Shown: positions 22,463 through 34,740, numbered from the stretch's first letter. The stretch: 64,000 nucleotides of DNA from Octopus sinensis (GCF_006345805.1 NC_042998.1:26226001-26290000), one strand, 5' to 3'. Numbers and translations are program-made. Notes: generated by a model not told the origin, from the letters alone.

Positions 22463-24572
22463 AATAAATCAGGATTTTGGCACCGCTTAAAATTGGTGCC
22501 CAAGGCCCATGCTTTATTGGCCTCTACCTTATCTCACTATTGTACAGCACAAACAAATGAAATAAATAAGTTACCGTAGAAATATTGCCAGGACTATTGT
22601 CTTTCTACACAATATATATTTATTAACTAAATTTAGCAATATTAATTGTTTTTACTGGCAGACTTGGCTTTTTGAATAAATTTAAGAATAAGTAGAGTAA
22701 AGCACAGGGAAGAATATAATCTAGCTACTGAGTTGGTTTGGACTGGATTAGATTTCTTATGTTCAGTCCACTGCAGGATGAAGGCTTCAGTATGTTCTCC
22801 CCACTTGAGACCATACAGGTTTGATGAGCCTATTGTGCCACACTGGCTTGACATGGTTTGGTAGAGGGATACTGTGTTTTATACTCATAGCCAGAAGTAG
22901 AGTTAAGTCAATTACATCAACCCCAGTGCTCAACTGGTACTTACTTTATTGACCCTGAGAAAATAAAAGGCAAAGTTGGCTTGGGTAGAATTTGAACTCA
23001 GAATGAAAGTACAAATGAAATGCCACTAAGCATTTTGCCTGGTAGAGAGGACATGGGCCCAAACTATGCACCCTTCCCCTCCATTGGTTAGTTGAAGCTT
23101 AGATTGTGTCATGTGACACTTAGCTGGTGCTGACTGCTTTAGCCTACTGGCAAGTATTTAAAGGGAAATTTGGCAGAGTGGCCATTTGCTCATTGACATT
23201 CATTGACGCTGCATCGAAGAAACCAAAGAACAAAAAGCCAAAGAAAAAAGAAAAAAACACACTCAACACCATAGCTGAAGACACCTTTGAAAGGTGGGGG
23301 GAGGGCAGCCCTGCCATGTCAAAAATGAAAGAGGATTAGGGATGAAACCGGATGTGGATCCTATAAAGGAGTTGTTGAGGTATCGAACCAGAAAACATGG
23401 TTGGAATTCCACAATTCTGCCAGCTTGTCACAGATGAAAATATATACAAGTTAGTAAGCAGTTTTGTGACAGAATTTTGATATTACCAGTGTTACTGAAT
23501 TCCTTCAAATAAGGCTTACATAAAATCGTATTGTCTGCAGAATTAAGAAGTAGCTAAAAATAAAAATTAAAAAAAACGCAAATTTCTATTTTATTGTGGC
23601 TGCATATGTTGCTTTAATTTTATTTATATTCTTGCATAAATTAAACAGATGTGAGCAACGACCCCAGAATCCTGTAAACCAGACTAGTTAAAGCATGTTT
23701 AGATTGATACCTTGGACTAACTTTGTATGCATTATAACACACTATAAAAGGAAACATTGTAGATCAAAACGTGGGATTTGGTTCCAGATGGATGTGGAAT
23801 TATTTACTAAGTTGCTCCTCGCTTTTCAATCAGATATCTTCTGAACACAGTTCCAATGAAACACTACAGATTAAAATTACTCAATAACAATTTAATCAAT
23901 GTTTTTACATCAATAATTTTATCCTTTGATCAAACACTTTCTATCTTTTATTTATATATTTATTTACTTGTTTATTTAGTTAGTTTTTAACTTAGTGATA
24001 GAATAACCAGAAAATAATTCTATTTCAGTATATTTTCCCTTCAATCATTGATGAAGTCCTTAAGATTATGTTTCTGTATAAATTATTTCTAGTGAAATCA
24101 TTTCCAAACTAATGATCAAAGCGTCAAAACTGTTTTATTTCATGAAAGTTATAGTTTCGCTCTGTTGTAATGTCTACGTACTATATTGACCATGCATTTT
24201 GTAGATTTTAATATTATATATTGGAACAGGAAGTTGAACTGGTACAAAATCTAGAGTACAAAAACTAAGAGTATCATTTAACTGAACCATTACTCAACAG
24301 TAAAAATTTGGAGTCTTTGATGTTGTGGATTAAATCATACCCGTATTGAATTAGCATTTCTATTCATTTCAAAATTAAATTCAAAATTGAATTGACTAAA
24401 AGAGAATTGGAAATAGGCTGACATATTATCTGAGTGAATAGTAGTCTCAATTTTGAATTCTAATACAATATTCTGGACTAGAAAACATTGAGTGTATCCA
24501 TCACTTCTCCTCAAGCAAATGAGGATGTCTGTTTGCAGTTGCTCGGTCTACTAGAAACAGCAGCTAAATTAA

Positions 24573-24978
24573 GGTGGCGAGCTGGCAGAAACGTTAACAT
24601 GCTGGGTGAAATGCTTAGCGGTATTTCGTCTGCTGCTAAGTTCTGACTTCAAATTTCGCCGAGGTCGACTTTGCCTTTCATCCTTTCGGGGTCGATAAAT
24701 TAAGTATCAGTTATGCAATGGGGTCGATATAATCGACTTAATCCGTTTGTCATTCCTTGTTTGTCCTGTGTTTAGCCCCTTGTGGGTAGTAAAGAAATAT
24801 TTCATCTGCCGCTACGTTCTGAGTTCAAATTCCACTGAGGTTGACTTTGCCTTTCATCCTTTCAGGGTTGGCTAAATAATACCAGTTACACACTGGGGTC
24901 GATATAATCGACTTAATCCGTTTGTCTGTCCCTGTTTGTCCCCTTTGTGTGTAGCCCCTTGTGGGCATTAAAGAAATA
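24573..24978 (+). mobile_element. SINE family B head-to-tail dimer with one TSD pair
   Basis: Full monomer 24573-24798, second unit from TATTTC; flanks AGAAACAGCAGCTAAATTAA (24553-24572) and AGAAATAGCAGCTAAATTAA (24979-24998). Confidence 0.9.
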
Positions 24979-25816
24979 AGAAATAGCAGCTAAATTAATT
25001 CAAAGCACACCCTATCTAACATCTTAGGGAAAAAGGTTGCATTGCATTATTCCAATGAACTTATTTTATCAACTTAACAAAAAAAAAATGGAAGGCAGAG
25101 TCGACCTTGGTGGAATTTGAACTCAGAACGTAAAGACCTGGAAGAAATGTTACTAAGAATTTGTCTGATCTGCAAATGATTCTGCCAGCTTACTACCACC
25201 ATCAGAATAGTTCCTCCCTTCTCCTCTCATTCTATGTCTCGTCTTCCAAGCCATATATGGAACATTTAGTCAATCATTCTTACTCAGAACTGCATCCACT
25301 GGAATTTCAACCCTGCCGCCATTTTTCTCATCTGTACCAAGAAACAAAAATTCAATCTTAAAATGTTAACTATATTTTTTTTCTCACCAGCCTGGAATGG
25401 CTAGTAAAGGTCAAGGAAGGACACTGCTCTTATAATTCCTCAAATAGTTCTCAGGATGATATACCTTTGATAATTATAGAAAAGAGACATTTTAGAATAT
25501 AGTGCCCCAGCATGGCCACAACCACTGGGATGAAACACATAAAAGAATAAAAGTATATATGGGGGGGAGGGCTCGTGTGTGTGAGTGTATTTTGAAAAAA
25601 AAAATGTATGAAGTCGCATCAAAAACTAACTTAGCTATTCAATAGATAGAGCTTGATAAATCAAGAGACCTCACTGAAATAAGTAGCAGGGGTTGATGTG
25701 ACTGACTGAAACCGTTAAAGGTAGTGCTACAGCATGGTCACAGTTTTCGAAATGACTGAAACTAGTAAAAGGATAAGTGTGAAAATCAAAAAATCTAAAA
25801 ATGACTTATTACTCAC

Positions 25817-25909
25817 GAAAGACAACAGCCTTTGCCGCACATTCCACAATAGAACCAGTAACAGAATACAGACTGGTAACACTTAATCATATAAATCCAA
25901 TCACCTCCA
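25817..25909 (-). CDS. Candidate 93-nt exon, GGDWIYMIKCYQSVFCYWFYCGMCGKGCCL (could be non-coding)
   Basis: Long pyrimidine tract ttatttctttgttttctcatttatttcacaaag|, donor TTC|gtgagt, length 3n, only phase 2-2 open. Confidence 0.35.
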
Positions 25910-27112
25910 CTTTGTGAAATAAATGAGAAAACAAAGAAATAACAAGTACTTGAGAGCTGGAACAAACCGTTGGAAATATCTCCCTAGTTTCAATGATATG
26001 TCATTCCATTTTGCTGTTGTCACTTAGGATTATGTGACAACATGTAGTGACTACCAGCGGACGGACGTGTTACTATGATTTCACTGACTAACTCTATTTA
26101 TTGTCAAAATAAATGTTCTTATGTTTCTGCAACAAAGTCTTCTCACTATTTATAGAAATATTAAATAGCTTCAGTGAAACAGAATAGCATTTCATTGATC
26201 TAGACAGAAAAGCACCATTAGCAATTTTTGTTGCATTGGTTACATATTATATGTTATTATCCATAAGCTTACACTTGGCAAACTAGTGAAAACGCTGCCA
26301 TTCATCTCTTGCTAGCTCTCTACCAGCAGGCCAGCTTGAATTACAAAATATCAGTTCATACTACTTTACACATCGCTTGATTTGTTCTATAAATCAAACA
26401 TACAAGCAGAGGATGAATATTGTTCAACTCTGCTAAATGGAATATAGAAAAACCTGTTGATCTTGTCCACAGTGGAACCATTTTCATTTGAAATGTCAAA
26501 GTCACAAGGCAAAATGACCTTTGTTCCTAGAACAGGAGGAAAGCAGCATATATAGTAATTAATCTAGAAATTTGACATTTATAAGAATACTTTATTATCA
26601 CTAGTCAGAATGCTTACCTTCTACAGAAAATTTAATAATAGAAAATATCAATATGTGATCACTATATGGGTTGGAGACTATCTAATACAAAAATAAAACC
26701 ATTCAGTAAATACCATCTATTCTAGATCATGGGGTCAAATTTTCATACATAATAATGGTGCAATTTAGCCTGAACAGGTTTGTATTCCTGAATAATAGTC
26801 GTAAATTATTAATTGCAAATATAATGATATTATACTTCCATATACTAACATCATTAAGCATGAATGACTATGAAAAGTATTACAACTGTTGCTGTTGTTT
26901 TTCTTGCTTCCATTGTTGTTGTGAAGGTTCAGGGAGGCCTTGTTCATGCATGACCTCTGACACAAAAGTAACCAGTCAAATGGTTAAGTGCAATCCATGG
27001 ATCTATTGTACTGGATATACTTACTAAACCACCGTCTGCATGCAAAACAAGTAACTATGAAGAGGTTTTGCCTTTGTCCATGTCAGTATTGTAACGGAAT
27101 GCTTTAAAATAC

Positions 27113-27438
27113 ATCATCATCATCATCGTTTAATATCCATTTTCCGTGCTAGCATGGGTTGGATGGTTCGACCGGGGTCTGGGAAGCCAGGAGGCTGCAC
27201 CAGGCTCCAATCTGATCTGGCAATGTTTCTACAGCTGGATGCCCTTCCTAACGCCAACCACTCCGTGAGTGTAGTGGGTGCTTTTTACGTGCCACCGGCA
27301 GAGGTGCCAGGGGAGACTGGCAGCGGCCACAATCCTTGGTGCTTTTTACGTGCCACCCGCACAGAAGCCAGTGAAGGCGGCGCTGGTATTGGTCACGTTC
27401 GGATGGTGCTTTTTACATGCCACTGGCACAGGTATCAT
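27113..27438 (-). mobile_element. Family C (RTE 3' end)
   Basis: (CAT)nCGTTTAA..GCTAGCATGGGTTGGATGG..CTGGATGCCCTTCCTAACGCC. Confidence 0.9.
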
Positions 27439-28044
27439 AATAAAAAAAAAGAACCTATTGTAAATTGAATAAATATAATTGCTTGCATGATACAAAGGTG
27501 GAAATAATTTATCTTTGCAGAATCTTTAGAAAAAAACCTAAAGTTTTTGTTGAGTGAATCGATCCCAGTATCAATATTTTAAGACCGGAACCTATTCACT
27601 CAAGCTTTAAGAAGTTATGTGAATGTAAACAAACCAACATCAGTTGTCAAGTTGTGATGGGGGACAAATACAGACACAAAGACATACACATATATACATA
27701 TATATGATGAGCTATTTTCAGTTTCCATTTACTAAAACTACTCACAGGTCTACTACTAAAACTAATCACCCAAGGCTATGATAAAAGCCACATGCCCAAG
27801 GTGCCACACAATGGGTCTGAACCCAGAACCACATGCAAGTTTCTTAGCAAGTTTCTTAGCAGAAAATCAAGATACTAAGTTGTCAGTTTTCCTGAAAAAG
27901 TGTGTATGTGTGAGAAAGAGAGAGAGAGAGAGAGAGGGAGGAAAGTATCCACCCACCCACCCACTCCATTACATCATTTATAAATTCTTAGAAAACAAAC
28001 ATGCATGTCAAGGTTGACCTCAGCCTGCAGAGAACCATGATATT

Positions 28045-28262
28045 ATTTTTTTTTACTCTAGGCACAAGGCCTGAAATGTTTGGAGAGGGGGAGGAGCAGT
28101 CAATTAGATTGACCCCAGTACACAACTGGTACTTATTTAATCAACCCCAAAAGGATGAATGGCAAAGTCGACCTTAGCAAAATTTGAACTCAGAACATAA
28201 AGACAGACAAAATACCGCTAAGCATTTCCCCCAGCGTGCTAATGTTTCTGCCAGCTCACTGC
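28045..28262 (-). mobile_element. SINE family B
   Basis: Reverse complement of B consensus. Confidence 0.85.
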
Positions 28263-28281
28263 CTTACCCTAGTGTCATATT

Positions 28282-28920
28282 CTTTTCTACTCTCGGCACA
28301 AGGCCCAAAATTTTGGGGGAGGGACCAGTCAATTAGATCAACCCTAGCATGCAACTGGTACTTAATTTATCAACCCGAAAGACTGAAAAGCAAAGTCGAC
28401 CTCAGCAGAATTTTAACTCAGAACGTAAAGACAGATGAAATATCTATTTCTTTACCACCCACAAGGAAATAAACACAGAGAGGACAAACAAGTACAGACA
28501 AATGGATTAAGTTGATTATATCGACCCCAGAGTGGCGAGCTGGCAGAAACGCTAGCACGCCAGGCGAAATGCACAGTCGTATTTCGTCTGCCGTTACATT
28601 CCGAGTTCAAATTCCGCCAAGGTTGACTTTGCCTTTCATCCTTTCGGGGTCGATAAATAAAGTACCAGTTACGCACTGGGGTCGATATAATCGACTTAAT
28701 TCCTTTGTCTGTCCTTGTTTGTCTCCTCTATGTTTAGCCCCTTGTGGTTAGTAAAGAAATATACATCGACTCCAGTGCGTAACTGGTACTTAATTTATCG
28801 ACCCTGAAAGGATGAAAGGCAAAGTCGACCTCAGCAGAATTTTAACTCAGAACGTAAAGACAGACGAAATGCAGCTAAGCATTTTGCCCACCGTGCTAAC
28901 GTTTCTGCCAGCTCGCTGCC
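28282..28920 (-). mobile_element. SINE family B dimer, interrupted by a + strand B copy
   Basis: Minus-strand head at 28920, split at TATATCGACCCCAG (28517-28530) / TACATCGACTCCAG (28761-28774), tail-to-body junction at 28440. Confidence 0.8.
28531..28760 (+). mobile_element. SINE family B, full length, nested
   Basis: GTGGCGAGCTGGCAGAAACG..AGTAAAGAAATA. Confidence 0.9.
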
Positions 28921-29163
28921 TTAGAACCATGACATATTCTGCCAATCGTGCCAATCATTCTATCTGGACTCTAACGGCTCTGCCAACTCACCACCTTAGA
29001 AGCACAATATGGAATCATTCTTTCAAGAAATGGTTAGCGCTCTAAAATATGCATATCTATAGTAGTTAACTCACACAGAAATGATGTAATGTTGGTAAAT
29101 AGCACATACTCTGTTATTTTGATATATTTATATATTTGATTTTTGCTTTCTTTTTCTGCTTAG

Positions 29164-29242
29164 ACAAAGCTTTTTGAAGAATATTTTGCTTCTACTAAAT
29201 TGCAACAAGTCAAAGCAATTCTGAAAGAGAATCAGTTTAAAG
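29164..29242 (+). CDS. Candidate penultimate exon of an unidentified gene, TKLFEEYFASTKLQQVKAILKENQFK
   Basis: Strong acceptor tttttgctttctttttctgcttag|, donor AAAG|gtctgt, only phase 0 open, protein-like composition. Confidence 0.45.
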
Positions 29243-29419
29243 GTCTGTTAATGAAATATTTATCAGCCAAACACCAAAGATTTTGTTAACCAAAATTCTA
29301 AATATTGATATCTTTCAATAAAATAATTTCCACACTGTTGCAAATGCATTTCTGTAACGCATTTATGAATATATTGTTTTTTATTTCAATTTCCTCACTG
29401 TTTCACTTTTAACTTTCAG

Positions 29420-29430
29420 ATTCAGACTGA
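29420..29430 (+). CDS. Candidate terminal coding exon, (D)SD-stop
   Basis: Strong acceptor tttcacttttaactttcag| 177 bp after the previous donor; phase 1 join gives GAT TCA GAC TGA. Confidence 0.4.
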
Positions 29431-29497
29431 GTAAAATGTATGTAACTTTGCATTATGAAGATACCAACATGGTTTCTAACTTATCAAACATATGTTG

Positions 29498-29607
29498 TTC
29501 TTCCTCTTCTTCTTCCACTTGTTCCTCTGCTTCTTCCTCTTCTTCTTCTTCTCCACCTCCTGCTCCTCTTTCCTCTTCTTCTTCTTCTTCTCCTTCTCCT
29601 CCTGCCC

Positions 29608-29638
<31 letters not shown>

Positions 29639-29880
29639 TTCTTCTCCTCCTCCTGCCCCTTCCTCTTCTTCTTCTTCTTCTTCTCCTTCTCCTCCTTCTC
29701 TTCTTCTTCTTCTTCTGCTTCTCCTCCTTCTCCTGCTCCTACTTCCTCTTCTTCTTCTTCTTCTTCTCCTGCTCCTACTTCCTCTTCTTCTTCTTCTTCT
29801 TCTTCTCCTGCTCCTACTTCCTCTTCTTATTCTTATTCTTCTTCTCCTCCTTCTCCTCCTCCTCCTTCTTCTTCTTCTTG
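29498..29880. repeat. (CTT)n/(CTC)n polypyrimidine array
   Basis: ~380 bp almost purely C/T with CCTGCT/CCTACT subunits; explains poly-S/L/F ORFs. Confidence 0.95.
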
Positions 29881-30214
29881 TTACTGTAGTTGCTTAGCCT
29901 CCAGGCCAGATCTGGTCGTGCAGAGTTTTAAAATCAGAAAGCATTCCAATCATGACTATCCACCTTATATAGTATCATTTAAAGGAATTTGGTTGTTATT
30001 TCTCAGTAGTGAATAGATAGACCCATTTGAGCAAAGGACCCATTTGAGCTTTGTAGTATCTATCCTGACTGTGTAAGCTCCTAGTTCAAATCCTGCTGAG
30101 GTCAGCTTTGCTTTCTGTTCTTTTAGGGCTGATAGATTAAAGCATTAGTTCCCAAACTTTTTCAGGCTACTGCCCCTTTGGCACTCAGGCCACATTCCTA
30201 GTGACCCCTTACCT

Positions 30215-30371
30215 TCTTTCAGTTTCCGTCTACCAAATCCACTCACAAGGCTTTGGTCAGCCTGAGGCTATAGTAGAAAGACACTTGGCCAAGGTACCAC
30301 ACAGTGGGACTGAAACCGGAACCATGCGGTTCGTAAGCAAGCTACTTACCACACAGCCACTCCTACACCTA
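30215..30371 (-). mobile_element. SINE family A, 5' half
   Basis: Reverse complement of head. Confidence 0.85.
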
Positions 30372-30693
30372 TGACCACTTTCTACAGCAAATTCAAAACT
30401 GTATTTCACAAATAAAATTTAAACCTAATTAAGCTATAGGGGAGGAGGAGGGGGGAGGCAGAGGAGGGGGGAGGCAGAGGAGGAGCGAGTGCCAGCATGC
30501 GTTTATGTGTCCATCACTATGGACGTGTATGCCTATATATGTTTGTGTGTTTGTGCGTGCATTTTCCTGAGTACCGTTTCCATGTTTTGTTTCGAAATAA
30601 AAGATGATAGAGAATAAATAAACAGATATAAGATGAGATCATAAAGACAAGACTTCAAGAAATGGAGAAACAAGTAAGAACATTTCTTGATGA

Positions 30694-30728
<35 letters not shown>

Positions 30729-31009
30729 TGTGAGGACGTGTTAGATAGAAAGAAGAAGAGAAAGGACGGAAGATAAATGAGAGAAGGATGAACAGTCACA
30801 GATTTTTTTTCCTCCCAAAAACAGAAAAAAAAGAGACATTTTATGAGAAGAAATCATATTTGCTTTGTAAAAAAAAGTGTGCGAAAAAGTTCATTCAGTG
30901 ACTCTAAGAAAAATATATGGAAAGAATATCATTATGAACGACTAATAAATAAGGTCTTGTATGAATCAGATAAGGAGAGGCAACAGGAAATAAAGCGAAG
31001 TAGAGTTCA

Positions 31010-31394
31010 TGGCACTCTGTCGGTTACAACGATGTGGAGTTCTGATGGATTCGATCAATGGAACAGCCTGTTCGTGAAATTAACATGCAAGCGACTGAGC
31101 AATCCACAGACACGTGTACCCTCAACGTAGTTCTCGAGGAGATTCAGCATGACACAGTGTGTGACAAGGTTGGCCCCCTTTGAAGTACAGGTATAACAGA
31201 AACAGGAAGAAAGAGTGAGAGGAAGTTGTGGTGAAAGAGTACAGCAGGGTTCGCCACCACCACCCCCTGCCGGAGCTTCGTGGAGCTTTAAGTGTTTTCG
31301 CTCAATAAACACTCACAGCGCCCGGTCTGAGAATCGAAACCGCGATCCAACGACTGTGGGTTTGCTGCCCTAACCACTGGGCCATTGTGCCTCC
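31010..31394 (-). mobile_element. SINE family E, full length
   Basis: Reverse complement of 21969-22361. Confidence 0.9.
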
Positions 31395-31396
31395 AA

Positions 31397-31429
31397 ATAT
31401 ATATATATATTATATATATATATATAATA

Positions 31430-31478
<49 letters not shown>

Positions 31479-31484
31479 TATATA

Positions 31485-31522
<38 letters not shown>

Positions 31523-31599
31523 TCGTGGCACTCCGTTGGTTATGACAACGAGGGTTCCAGTTGATCAGATCAATAATTTGAAACCATTATTATTATTAT

Positions 31600-31696
<97 letters not shown>

Positions 31697-31795
31697 TAGT
31701 AGTAGTAGTAGTAGTAGTAGTAGTAGCAGCAGCAGCAGTAGTAGTAGTAGTATTAGCAGCAGCAGCAGCAGCAGTGATGTTGGTGGTGGTAACAA
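31397..31795. repeat. (TA)n then compound (TAT)(TAG)(CAG)n microsatellites around a short E-tail stub
   Basis: Direct reading; stub GGCACTCCGTTGGTTATGAC at ~31527. Confidence 0.9.
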
Positions 31796-32224
31796 CTGAC
31801 ATCTGAGAATAACGATGCCTGTAATCTATTAACTTCCTAAACAGGGGAAAAATGCATCTTGCATCATGAAGAAAAACAAAACAAAAAAAGGCTGAAACTA
31901 AACACTGACCCTTTACAGAGGATTCTTAAGACTTAGGAAGCTTTTTACAGTTCTACACAAGGCTGCAGAGAGTGACTGGATCAATGGACTGTTGAATTTG
32001 TCACAATAACTGGGTAAAGCACTGTGAAACAGAATAATAATGGCTTTTAACAAAAGGTACAAAGTCGAAAGATATTGGGTGGGGAAAAGAATAAACTGGA
32101 TAAACTTCGGTATTTGAGTGGTACCTTGTTTTATTGATCCCTCCATAACAAAGACAATGTTGGCTCCAGAACACTCAGAAATAGATACAGTAAAGCAGTA
32201 GTTCTCAGACTTATTTAGTCATAG

Positions 32225-32592
32225 AACTCTTATGGTTCCAGGTTCAGTCCCACTGCATGTCACCTTGGGCAAGTGTCTTCTAGTAATAGCCTCAGGCCAA
32301 CCAAAGCCTTGTGAGTGGATTTGGTAGATGGAAACTGAAAGAAGCCCGCCGTATATATATATATACACACAAATATACATGTGTGTGTATGTATTTCTGT
32401 GTCTGTGCTTGTCCCCCACCATCGCTTGACAACTGATGTTGGTGTGTTTATGTTCCCGTACTTTAGCAGTTTGGCCTAAGAAACCTATAGAATAAGTACC
32501 AGGCTTACAAAGACTAAGTCTTGGCATTGATTTGTTTGACTAAAGGTGGTGCTCCAGCATGGCTACAGTCAAATGACTGAAGAATAAAAGAA
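32225..32592 (+). mobile_element. SINE family A, head clipped
   Basis: Body and tail match consensus. Confidence 0.85.
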
Positions 32593-32671
32593 TATATATA
32601 TATATATAGATATAGATATATAGATAGATAACCCGTGCTAGCGCGGAAGACGGACGTTAAACGATGATGAT

Positions 32672-32870
32672 GATGATAGATAGATAGATAGATAGATATA
32701 GATAGATAGATAGATAGATAGATGGATGGATGGATGGATGGATGGATGGATGGATGGATGGATGGATGGGTGGATGGATGGATGGATGGATGGATGGATG
32801 GATGGGTGGATGGATGGATGGATGGACAGACGGACAGACAGACAGACAGACAGACTGGTAGGTAGGTAGG

Positions 32871-32906
<36 letters not shown>

Positions 32907-32915
32907 CAGACAGAC
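32672..32915. repeat. Compound (GATA)(GATG)(GACA)(GGTA)(GATA) tetranucleotide array
   Basis: Direct reading; preceded by a family C tail stub 32630-32672. Confidence 0.95.
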
Positions 32916-33310
32916 ACAGATACAAACACATACACACAATATATATATATATATATACATACACAGATATATATATATTTCGTTTTTTGATTTGGTTTGC
33001 AAGATTCTTTATGTGAGTTTGTGTGTTGAAGGATATTCTGTTTTGTCTGGGGAGAGTCATTTTCTTATAATTTAACACACTCACCAGTAAAATTTCCACT
33101 TATTCCTTATTTTTATTTTCCTAAAATTTTTGTTGCATCTTGCGACCTTTCCAATAGTCAAGAGTACTGGTGTCGGAGAAATGTAAGATTTTGTGGAACT
33201 TTCTTATTCAAACAGGTGAGAAATTAGAAAATAAGAGACGTTACATAGTGATTATAGGTAAGGAAAAGCAAAATTGCTTACTAATCTAATTTCTTACTAA
33301 TTGCTTACTA

Positions 33311-33685
33311 ATGCCCATTTGATTCCAGGATTGTAAATAAAGTGGAAGAAAACCAAAAAAAAAATGCGATCCCTTAAAGTTTCAAATAGGAAGAATTTGG
33401 AGCATGTGAAGAGTAAAGGTCGTGCCTATAATAATTGGTGCTTTGGGAACAGTAAGCCAAGATATAGACAAATGGCTGAGGGAGATTGGAATAGAATGCC
33501 TGGTAGAACTCCTACAGAAAGTTTGTCTCTTAGGGACAGCAAGGATTATCAGGAGGGTTCTAAGCACTTGAGAGATTGCTGAAAACTTGTGGATACCTAA
33601 GGTTACAGGTAGTAACCAACTATCTACATAATTCCTACCAGGAATAAGACCAGACCTAAGCCAAACCAAAATAATAATAATAATA
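33311..33685 (+). mobile_element. R4/Dong-type LINE 3' end with (TAA)n tail
   Basis: VKVVPIIIGALGTVSQDIDKWLREIGIECLVELLQKVCLLGTARIIRRVLST-stop, ~90-bp UTR, AATAATAAT. Confidence 0.8.
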
Positions 33686-33894
33686 ACATTATTATTTCTA
33701 ACCTTGGCACAAGGCCAGCAGTTTTGGTGTGAGGGAATTATTCAATTACAGCAAACTCTATGTTTGTCTGATACGTTATTTTATCAATCCCAAAAGGATG
33801 AAACATCAAGTTGACCTCAGTGAGATTTGAACTCAGAACATAAAGAGCAGGAAGAAATACCACAAGGTATTTATTATTATTATTATTATTGAGT

Positions 33895-34410
33895 GACAGA
33901 GCAGTACATGCCATCAAAGTGACACTAGAGTACAATTATACAAAGCCCAGTATACCCATCATGACTACCTGTCTCATAAGGGTACACTAGGCACATGCAT
34001 CACAACCATATGTGCGTGACATGGTGATCTCATATCAGGATAAACAGCACATGACCTTGCAGGTGGGGCCCAGTTAGAATTTTCTTCTTGTCAAGTAACC
34101 CATCCCACTCAAAAGGTCTCTGAATAAGGGGTGTTTAAGGATGTTGAATGAAACACCCATGTTTACAGAGGTGAATTATTCAAATCCCAAAGAATCCATC
34201 TCAACACATGGCTATGATGCTCCCTGACTACTTCTGCTCATGATCAGAGATGCACATACTGTTAACCACTAAGGGACATGCTCAACTGGTTAAGGTCAAG
34301 CAACTGACAAGCAAATCTGTGATATTGAGCAGAATATTTGCTGTAGCCCATCTTTTATACCAAGACAAAACAATGTACATGATAACACTTCCAGTCAGTT
34401 AAGATAACAC
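33895..34410. repeat. Unclassified repeat-like segment bounded by (TAT)n tracts
   Basis: Higher-complexity non-coding block between TAT runs; single copy in window, so repeat status is inference. Confidence 0.3.
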
Positions 34411-34419
34411 TTCCAATAA

Positions 34420-34740
34420 GTTATTATTATTATTATTCTATGTTTGACTTTTGCTTTATATTTGTAAAAGTTGGCTCCAAGTCTCACCCAGAGACCTCAA
34501 GAGGCAACAGGTTGGAAGTTCGTATTGTTGTTATGCCTAGTGTGCCATATATTTGGTTTTGTATTTAGTGTTGTACTAGTGAATGCCTAAAAAAAAAAAA
34601 CGAAAGTTATGTTTGTTTTAAAACTTGAGATTACATAGAAAGTATTTTGTGTAGGATATGAGCAATTCCCATGAGCACTATCTTTTGAATTTCTACCATT
34701 TTGGGGTTTCCTGGTATCTGAGTTAGGTAGCTATCAGCCC
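34420..34740 (-). mobile_element. R4/Dong-type LINE 3' end
   Basis: ADSYLTQIPGNPKMVEIQKIVLMGIAHILHKILSM-stop, ~200-bp UTR, TAA tail. Confidence 0.75.

Noticed and set aside
25817-25909. Alternative frame VEVIGFI-UGA-LSVTSLYSVTGSIVECAAKAVVF read as selenocysteine or an edited stop (UGA to UGG)
   Set aside because: No SECIS or homology support, and another frame is fully open; pure speculation without RNA data.
26620-26622. Possible 3-nt microexon on the minus strand (tag|AAG|gtaagc)
   Set aside because: Cannot be told from chance without junction reads; coordinates approximate.
27058-27082. RGFAFV RNP1-like hexapeptide
   Set aside because: Flanked by stops with no other RRM features.
27521-27567. 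Exon candidate ESLEKNLKFLLSESIP
   Set aside because: Its 3' part aligns with a degenerate reversed SINE A and the donor is weak.
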